From Catajapyx aquilonaris (lineage: Eukaryota): a stretch of DNA of 27,885 bases. How positions within the stretch are numbered: position 1 is the stretch's first letter; each line of letters starts with the position of its first letter. Positions 13,055 to 22,456 of the stretch are shown here, one piece after another. Both the position numbers and the translations under genes were made by a program. The stretch spans positions 62,001 to 89,885 of the forward strand of contig KZ538262.1 in NCBI GenBank assembly GCA_000934665.2, given 5' to 3'. A model generated the notes under the pieces. The model did not search any database, was not told the DNA's origin, and was given only the letters and a program-made list of their open reading frames with translations.

Positions 13055-13592
13055 TGAGTTTTCCATTAGGGCTGTAGGGGTCGTAGCTGCCCGAGGACAT
13101 GGGCGAGTATCCGTTGGACACAGACACAGTGAGGGGGAAAGAGGAAGGGTGTCCGTTGAGCACTGGGGATGGGGACAAGGAGTCCACCGACACTTGCGAC
13201 GGCGACGGCAGCCAGTCCTCGGGGCGGCCCCGCTTTGCCGGCGGCTGCCCCGATCCGCCGCCGTAGCTGCTGGGTGAGGCCAGCTCCATTTGCCCTGGGC
13301 CTGCCCCGCCGCAGGGGCTGCCCAGCCTCGGCTCCGTCTTGACCCCGACCGTGGTCTGGGCAAGGAGGAGCGTTGGAGGCGACGGCAAGGGAGGCGCCGT
13401 CGGGCCCCCAGGCGGCGAAGGCGTCGAGGCGGTCGACGGCGGCCTGTTGACGCCGACACCACTCGTACCTCCGGATGATTCGGCCTTGGCCACCATCATG
13501 GCCAGTGCCTTGCCGCGGAACATGTGTGCGGCCGGCGGCAGCGACGCCAGGGCCAGAGATTCGTGCTTCACGTCCATCCCGCTCGTGTGCAT
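13055..13592 (-). CDS. EcR: Ecdysone receptor isoform A-specific first coding exon (N-terminal A/B region), partial CDS
   Basis: The translation contains, in order, the known EcR-A motifs: DVKHE (DLKHE-type), HMFRG (psi-AYRG-type), VKTEP (SUMO consensus), PAKRGR (NLS), EDW and the A-box NGYSPMSSGSYDPYSP (13115-13068), followed by NGKL. It ends at the donor CTC A|GTAAGT (last exon base 13055; 538 nt = 179 codons +1, phase 1). ATG is at 13592, with an alternative in-frame ATG at 13577 (MDVKHE). The ORF-track tail after NGKL is intron read-through. Confidence 0.95.
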
Positions 13593-13787
13593 GCGTCACC
13601 ACGAGCCGGACTCCCAGCCGGAGTCCTGTTCGCCCCGGGGCGTGTCCCAGGCCCTTAGCTGGGGCATTGGATGGGTGGGAGGGTACACACGCTCACACTT
13701 GCACCGCACTGCACTGACCACGTTGTCCTCTCTGCTGCTGTCCTTTCACCGTCTCCCGACGTCCCTCGCGTACACCTTCCTCCAATC
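13593..13787 (-). other. EcR: 5' UTR portion of the EcR-A exon
   Basis: A pyrimidine tract and acceptor TGTTTTCTCTTTTGTTGGCAG|GATT lie on the minus strand (AG at 13789-13788). An in-frame TGA at 13598-13596 sits just upstream of the ATG. This implies at least one further upstream non-coding exon. Confidence 0.7.
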
Positions 13788-15158
13788 CTGCCAACAAAAG
13801 AGAAAACATCAACATTAGACCTTTTCCACACACACACGTTGTATAACCCGCATTATGAATGTATACAACCTTGCGCGGTTCACAAGAGGTAACTGACTCA
13901 GCCATCATTTACATGAATGTAATTTGACACACATTGTCCACATCGCAAATTCCGGACATGCGCACTGGCATAAACACATGTTTCAAAGTCGTGAGGTCCG
14001 CCAAGACAAGTCCATTTGTCGTTGCCAAACGGACAACTCCCTTCATCCCGTCCTCCTTGATCTTTCTTTTTCTCCCCCCCCCCAGCTGATGCCTGCCACA
14101 GATTATAATCCATCCCCCCCTTATTTCTTTTTCCACCTTGCAACTTCACCTTTGTCAACAACACCACCCTCGTCATACCCACAACCCCCCCTTCGCTACT
14201 GATCGGAGGTTGCCAACACGATGCACCTGAGAAGGTGCCTGAACTTCACACTTTCGCAACATTGATAAAAAGGTGGACGCGACATTCCAACGGCCTTGGA
14301 ACCCGTCCAGAATAGAAAAGAAAAAAAGAAAACGTGCGACAAGGGGTGGAGACAATTTCTGCAAAAATCTTCCACGGGTTTATGCAACTCCGTGGCATAA
14401 TTCCTCCGCCCACTGCCAACAACAAGCGGCTCATCCCTTGCAATATTATAAAATATGGGCCGGAGGATTTTCTCCTCCGCAAAACTCCGACAGGGGGTGT
14501 TGCTCACACATACCGCCAATTAAAACAAGCTGGGGTCCCAGCCTGGCATAAAATTCTGCGAGTTAATTGCGCAACAACTCGGGCGCAAACACCTGACAAC
14601 GCAGCGTACAGAAATGCTTAAGGCCAACGGCCAAGGATACCGCTCAAGGTCTTGCAACAGGTTTCTAATAACACGCACGCAAAAAAAAAAAGAGGTACAT
14701 AAGTGCATGTAACAGAACAAAAATTGACAACCGCGGCATGTTTGGCAAAAGTCTGAAGCCAGGCAGCCTGCTAACCAAATAAATATTGGCGAGGCGTGGC
14801 CAATGAAAGGGATTCATCCCAGCACGAGTTGTAACAGGCATGAAAAACCGACACACCTCCATCCTTCTTATTTGCATTCCAATAAAGACGTAACCTTGGA
14901 CACCAGCAACTTTCTCCTTAGTTACCTGCGTGCCATTCACCTTCCATGTACCACACACCAGCGATTCTCAAATCACTTGCACTGTAATTCGGATCCGAAG
15001 CGAACAACAAATCCTTGGTTGCAATGCGGTAGTTAACCTTTCGGTGGCCCCTCGCCCATATCGTGTGGGCCTTCAAAACGACGATAAATATGGAACACAC
15101 TTTGGCCCGTCTGCTGGGTCAATACCAACGATTAGGGGGAATATTTTCTGCACTCACC

Positions 15159-15173
15159 AATAATAATAATAAT
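15159..15173. repeat. (AAT)5 microsatellite
   Basis: Read directly from the sequence. Confidence 0.8.
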
Positions 15174-15905
15174 GGTGTGCCGTTCGCTTTCGCAAGCCAA
15201 TTACTGGATTGGTGCACCTGTATCGTCGAGAACATGACTTTGTCCTGGCCAGCTGATAACGACCTGTACCTATGCATACACCAATGGCCTTCGTCCCCCT
15301 GCATCTTGACAACATGAGGCGCATCGAACCGGACTGTGCCACTATGTTACTGTGCCCATGTTCCACATTTCGGCCACTAGAGGACCATCATATTTTTAAG
15401 AGCGTGTATCATCATGTGTTCGCAGCCAATATGCTGCCTAAATTTACCTGGAGAAGGTTCAACGCCCTACACATTGTTACCCACAAAGTCCTCCGCCCTA
15501 CCATACCCCTAATAGACCAATATCAAAACCATAGACAAAAACCCGGAAAAAGTTGCCAAATGCCGACCCCGAAATATTGTTGACACCAGGCCAACCTCCA
15601 GTTCGCAAATTCTGGCAAAAAAAAAGTCTCCCAGAATTCTTGAGAATCGAAACGGAAAAAAATGGAGGCGCCACCTGCCCATCACCCAGCCTCTTCCTGC
15701 CCCGCCTCCGTATCTAAAGATACACCGACAGACTTCTTATTCCAGGAGGGACAACAACCTTCCTTGACCTACTTCGCCCCCTTGCCAAGGTTACGACGCA
15801 ACTTTGCCGCCCCCGAAAATTGTTGTGGCCACCACTGACCTAGGGTCGCCCCCCTCTTGCGAATCTCCCGACCACATTGATGGGTAGCCCCCCCCCACCC
15901 CCCCC

Positions 15906-15941
15906 NNNNNNNNNNNNNNNNNNNNNNNNNNNNNNNNNNNN
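15906..15941. other. Assembly gap (36 N); smaller gaps at 6332, 7610-7622, 7888-7893, 11398, 25690
   Basis: N runs, nearly all abutting long C or G homopolymers. Confidence 0.95.
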
Positions 15942-17190
15942 GGGGTATAAACGGGGACACCAGACCGCTTCTCTCTCGGTTAGGTTCAGGGGCGTGACCT
16001 TCCTGGAAATCGATAACCCCTATTCTACCCACCCCCACCTACACGGCAAGGGAAGTCCGCATCGGGGCCAATACTCTCCCTCTGCCCGGATTATCCGGGG
16101 AATCAACGCCGGATTTGCATATTCCAACCCCATTGCGCAAATCGTAACTGACAGTTTCAATGGTGAGCGGACAATTTTCGCACTGCCAGGCCCGTTCGTT
16201 CCCTCTTAGTAACACGGCGACCCAGTTGGCACCCCTTGAAAGAAAACGAGTAGATGGAGAGTCACGGGCGATGGTGTGAGCTTGCAATGAGTTACGATGG
16301 GTCCTGCCCCACCATGCAATTCGCAAAGTGCCCTGGTTTGAACGTAGTATATCATCATACACTGTGCTGCTGACCGACATATTACGATCGCCCCCACAAT
16401 GTCAAGGCCACACATTATTGGTCCTGATTTCTACCACGATATATAGATGCACAGTTTACGACCAGACAGCATATATACACAAATGGTGCGTTCAACCCAA
16501 CCCCATATTTCCACATTTGCTGGCTTTGTCCCTGGCGACAGACGGAGCAAGAATATTTATATATGTGTGTGCGTGTGTGTGGCAAGAAAGCCCTCTCCTT
16601 GAACCGAGTAACCCTTGGATCCTTCCTGCTTCACAGGAAGGCATAAAGCAGCGGGCGTCGAAGAAAGGGACGCCAAATAATGATCGGCAGACCAATCTCG
16701 GTCCATGTATTTACGTGCAGCAGGGCAGCCGTAAAACATCTCAAGTCTGCTGCAACTCCCAACAAAACGGGCTCCACTTTCCCCCTTCCAGAGAGAGTCC
16801 TTGCATAATGCACAAAATGGCCGGCAAACCGCGAAATTTAATATTTTTGCCGGGAATGCACTGTCGCTCCCCCCAGCTACCAATGCTTATATAGCGTCCC
16901 AATGAGCTGAACTGAACACGGGAAGTTTCGCAACAAGAATGGTGGCAATGTCAGAGCGCGGCGAATTTTCTCTCGTAGCCGCCATCACAACATTCTTCAA
17001 AGTGCCCACGGCGCTTATGTGCACCAACTGAACACGTGTCACCGATCAATCACTGCGAAATTAGCAGTCCGTGGGAAGGTCAACGATCCAACCCAATCTG
17101 TCGCTGATATTGATTGATAACGAATTGCACTTTCTCGCAACTCCCTGTCAATGATCGAACAACCCCTCCCGATAAAACTTTCGAAGATTA

Positions 17191-17220
17191 TAAATAAATA
17201 AATAAATAAATAATAATAAT
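17191..17220. repeat. Compound microsatellite (TAAA)5(TAA)3
   Basis: Read directly from the sequence. Confidence 0.9.
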
Positions 17221-20200
17221 GAACCAGGACTCGTCACGGTCAAGGTGAACCATTTTATTTCCAAGCCTTTCTGGGAAAATCCCCCTGTCTATAGCCAACC
17301 ACCCTTGCAACCTTTTATTTCCCCCAAACCGGTCTGGCAACATTGTCACGTGTTAACTAAACAGTCAAACCCCTTCGACCATGAGTGTCGCGTGCACATT
17401 GACACTGACGATTTATTTCGCAACACACATATGTGCTGGAAACATCCCGAAACCCAACCGACCCGAAACAGCACACGTGAACCGATGGTAAAGAGTGGGT
17501 CATAAAAAGCCGTTTTCAAACATGAGTCACGAGGTGGCTCTCCGGTCGGACACAGGAAAAATCGGAAGCCGCTCTGGCTCATAAATCATCCAAAACACCC
17601 CACCCGATGTTTAAAAACCCTTATTTTTACGGCCCAATGTGCAGGTCAATCACATGCACTGGGGGGTTAAACCACCTTCACCCAACCTCCCTAAAAAAAT
17701 CTGCATCATACCCCCTCCTTTGGCAGTACTTGGCCTTCCCTCAACATCGGGTCGTGATATGCAAATGTTCGGATGGGTTCACGGCAAAATAAATGCACCC
17801 TTTCGATCTCACGTCCTTGGATTTCTTTCACCTGCGAAATCTGTCCCGTGACTTGGCCGAGCACGTGCTACCCCCACGGATGACCTCACGCTTTAAAAGG
17901 TGAAGGTGGCAAAAAAAACGGATGACTGTCCGGATACTTCGCTTCCTAAATGGTGCGGCTGGTGTGTTGAATCACATGCGGTGTGTAGTTGTTGAATCCA
18001 CAAAGCCGCTATTGTGTCAGTATATCACAGCATGTACGGCAGTATGCACGGTTAAAATAAGCATCTGAAGGACGTGTATTTTCGCAATAAGGCAAAAAAT
18101 TGGGCGCTCACACACACATACATGTCAGGTCACATTTGCTGAAATATTTCACCGGTTTTACGACAAACTCCAGGTCCATTACAGGTAATGAGCTCACGTA
18201 CCGCCAACGCAACTGTTGCCTCAAACGCCTTCGTGATGGTGCAACCATGACCACCGATATAACCCCGTGCAAATATCGATAGCCCTAATCAGCCGCATTA
18301 GGACAAACAGCCCATCCAATGTGTGTCAACCAAGCACGTGTACAAGTTTTCATTTTCGTCCAGACACTTCCCCATCAACTCACTTTCTGTCCCCCTTTCC
18401 CCAGTGACCGCGATGCCCGGATAACACAGCATCCCCAAGATGGCCGCCGTCTCCTCCCCACCCCCACCCCCACTCTCTCACCTATACACCACTTGTCCCA
18501 GATGAATCCAGGTCCCGGAGAAAGTAGTAACCCAGTTGGGCATATCCTGTACACTTTCCACCGGTGCCCACACTTGCACTGTTCACTACACACAACCTGC
18601 TGGCTGGCCGGGGCCCGAGTGAGTGAGTGTCTGAGCCTACAGGAAATGCTCCAGTCCGCGGCCAAGGCAAGGGCTGCTCAAGGACGGACACACGCCATCG
18701 CTGTTCAGGGGTAGATATAGAAGGAGGGATAGGTAGAGAAGGAAAGCTGGGTACGACCTGGGGGCATCTACCAACCCCTCGATTCCAACGGGATGACCCA
18801 AATTCACCAACCCTCTGGGGGGGTTCTTTTTAGAGGGGCACCATCGTAAATGGACATGCCGCTTTTCTCCGAATAGGGAAGTCCAGTTATCGCCTATCTT
18901 TTCCGACGTGGGGGCTTCACAAATGAAATGCGGGTGCCGTCAGTGGTGGCCTGGAAACCTCGTTGTGTCCGCATCGCCGCTAACTGAACTGGGTAATAAA
19001 ATTCGGCTCAGTTCTACAGCCGCACCTTGAACCAGCTTGAATGACACAAATTCGGCAACTGACCATAAGACACCCGTTGTCTTGTAGCGTCCACGAAATT
19101 ACGGGCTGTAAAATCAATGCGGACGGTATCTGTGCGATATTGCATTCGCAAGTGAATTTTAATGTTACTGTGTCTGGCTCCCACTTTGATTGCCGGTTCT
19201 TATTACAAGCGCTCGGTTTTAATGACGCTTAGTTTTAGAGCTACATTTAGGCTAAATCCCCTCCAATTTGGGGTCAGATGTAGGCACCGCTTGTCCCTCG
19301 TTCAGATTCGGGGGCCTGTATAAACACGCCTTAACCATGTTACGATCTGTCTCGCACAACTTGGCAACACGGCACAAAGCGATGGTGCAACTTCTCATTT
19401 ACGTGAAAGGGAAATTAGCTTACAAAATCATACGTGAAATATTACCATTTGCTTCAGGAGTTTTGTACTAAATTTTATTAATCGACGGACATGACCTGCT
19501 GCAAAATTACATGCGACGCACTCTCCGGCACATTATCACTTACACGAGAATGCTATTTACTCCTGCCTGAAACATAATGACCAGTTTTGGCATACACGAC
19601 GCCTTCGCAATGTTTGCAACAGAAAGCTTTCACAGGACATCAAAAATTCAGGGGTTTTTCATCACGACAATTTGTCCATCTGCCCAACCCGCGTTTCCAT
19701 AACTACACTCCTCAAGTACCAACCGTACAACTCCGAGGAATAAAAAATTAGTCCGCTGAGGGGCATAAGCACTGCGGAAATTACCATCGCAGACTCCTTC
19801 TTCTTTTTTTTTACGGTCCGCCATAAATGCCGTGCGGGCTGGTGCAAAAATACAGAAAATGAATGAATAAAACATGGGTGCCCACAGTTTCGGACACCTT
19901 CGCCCAAGGTAAGTGCCTAATGTCAAAGGCAAAAAAAAAATCCACTGCATTATCTGCGCCAGCCTGACTGCTGAAAGTGCTGAGTAAAGTTCAGAAACTC
20001 GCAAATCGACCTCCACTTCCTCCAACTTAAAAAAAAAAAAAAATGCAAAAAAAAACTCCCGAACAAGAAAGGAAAAAAACCGTCAAGCATAAACCCAGCT
20101 CGATTTGATTGCAATGCACAATCTACAGAATTGCTGGCGAGAACTTGTACAAGCGACATGGCGAGGATATCGATTTGGCACGCTGCCAAAAAAATCCGCG

Positions 20201-21782
20201 TTACTGAATTTGTTGGCGAAATAGCCCCGGATTTTCAGGCTTCGGATCCGGAACCCAACGCCCATTAGCAGAGCGGGGGGGATACTATAGGTGACCCAAA
20301 TGACAAAAAAGCACCTGGTGGGTCAAGGCAAAGGTCGGGCTTAATTCAACACCCGTCGCGTTGCAAGAATTTAATTACAATGACTGCTGATAAATAACTG
20401 TCCGATAACACCAAAATAGGCTGATAAGTACTGTATGCGACAAAGTGTATAGATACCAACCTGCATACATTCTCCGTATGCAAAACTGATGTAAACAACA
20501 TTATTCATTAATGAATGACGAGACCGATTCCACAAAGGAAAAAGGAAGTTGGCCTCAAAAGATAAGCAGGAATGTGCAACGCTCTGCATAACTTAGATAG
20601 TCAGTTACGACACCGCCGGTTACAGTACCGCACGTGGGGAGGTCATTACACATAATCAAGGTAAACGATCCTGTTAATCATCTACTACGCTGACCTGACG
20701 TACTGTACGCCCGAGCTTCCACGCACGGTCAATATTTTAATCACGTATAGGCATACTCGATATATATAAAAATAGCGGTGTTAGTGTCCGTCTAAAATTA
20801 ACCGGCGTAATACATCGACCTTAAAAATAAACACCATATTGACATAAGTGCGGTAATAATTTCGCCCCAGTTTACACTCGTGGCTTGCGATTCCCCAAAA
20901 ATGGGATAACGCCGACAAAAATCCGCGCTTATTTTTAGTACCGGAACGGATCAAGACCTAGGTTCCATCCGAACCCTTCCAAAAAATTCGTCCCTCAACA
21001 TTTTACGACCGATCGTGACTAACAACCCTGGTATTTTTAACCCGCTCCAGTAAAAACAGCAATCATTGGTTGAAGAAAATTCTCATGACTGGGGTCATTC
21101 GGCAAGGTCATCCGTGACCCCCTTCTTCCTTTCGCCTCTCTGCTCGGCTGCATCGCCCCCGGAACAAGTCACGTGCCTATCAGAAAAAAAAACTGCCAAA
21201 ATGGTTGCCAAAGCAGTCACGGAGGGCTGGGCTTGCTACACACTCCGCAAAAGCCTTACCTTGAAAAGCCCAGCAAACGTGAGGAGGGTCACTAATGGTT
21301 GCGAAAAAAAAAAGAAAGAAAGAGAGCGAGATGAAGATGGTGCAAAAAAAAAAAAAAACAGCGCGGTTGCCTGGCTGGTCATGGTTCGTAGAGGTCCCCA
21401 CCGTGGCTGCAAAACATGGCGTTGATCCGCATTTTTTGGGGGAACCGCCGCATGGTATCCTCTAGTGGTGAAGGTCGCGGTCCTTTTCACACAGGAGTGG
21501 GTTGACGGGAAAGGTCACCACGCATCTAACCCTTTTTTTCTGTCTTATTCTTTTCCGCCAAGCCACCTCCTTGCGTAACGCTGACGTCAGCCAGCAGCCA
21601 TTTTTGCAAATAGGTGACTGGAACTTGGGGCGTCCGCTTTGATAAGCATCATTCATCAAAATTCCAACAAAAAAAAAAAATCCGTGCACGTGGTGAGGTC
21701 AGCCAACCAACGCTTCAATGGAAACACTGACCGGATTACGACATAACTCTCACTTAAAAATATTGTTTACTACTAAGCATGT

Positions 21783-21796
21783 GGGTCACGAGGTCA
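21783..21796 (+). promoter_or_regulatory. Nuclear receptor DR2 element GGGTCA-cg-AGGTCA
   Basis: Two consensus RGGTCA half-sites form a direct repeat with a 2-nt spacer. Function is untested. Confidence 0.45.
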
Positions 21797-22439
21797 GCCG
21801 GGCTGAAATGACCAGTTTCGAATTTCAGGAACCCAAAAGCCTAAAATGGCTGCAGGTTGGATGGACTACAGTGCAGGCGAGGTCTTAGGCCTAGGGAACA
21901 CCAGAATCAATAATATCGGCAACGCCTGCGCACCCACACCTACCACCCCTCCTGATGTTGGGATAGGTCCCCCCTCCCACCCACCCACCCCCCTGCGCAA
22001 ACTCGCAAAAAAAAGAGCTCCCAACCAGTTCAATAACCCGACACCGGCCAAGGCCATCCAGATGCAAACGAATTAACCGCCCACCTACATAAACCCAAAT
22101 CTGCAAATTTGTTTCCTTCAAATACTCGCAATATTTCAGCCAATCTGTGCTGAACATCCATCAGCCATTTTTTTTTTCCTTCTAAAAAAAATTTCACGTG
22201 ACTGAATGGGGGGCAGTGGGTTTGCAGAGTCAGTCCCTGGAGCTCAACACTAGACGGGGTGTTGCCCCGATTATACACGTCGCAAGTTTAAGGGTCAATG
22301 TTTCTGCGCATGCCTCGTGCCGAAAATGGCGGACTGGGTTGAGGGGGGGAGGGGTGGGCAATTGAAAACAGGGTGAGCCGTCTCGACTAGTGATGTATCT
22401 GCGTTGAAGGTCCTTTCGATCAAGATGAAGGGCATGGGA

Positions 22440-22456
22440 AGGTCAGTCAATGACCC
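22440..22456. promoter_or_regulatory. Candidate ecdysone response element (IR1 CAGTCA-a-TGACCC overlapped by AGGTCA)
   Basis: The sequence AGGTCAGTCAATGACCC is the closest match I saw to the EcR/USP IR1 consensus RG(G/T)TCAnTGA(C/A)CY. The left half-site is imperfect. Confidence 0.4.

Noticed and set aside
12944..13818. Overlapping ORFs 12944-13462, 13066-13602, 13339-13818 and others
   Set aside because: Alternative-frame or antisense shadows of the GC-rich A exon. Only one frame carries EcR motifs.
16328..16894. 188-aa ORF
   Set aside because: No recognisable domain or splice support. The length is compatible with chance given the alternative start codons used by the track.
2964..17529. 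AP-1 sites TGA(C/G)TCA at 2964, 11320, 13894, 17523
   Set aside because: Four seen against about three expected by chance, so not enriched.
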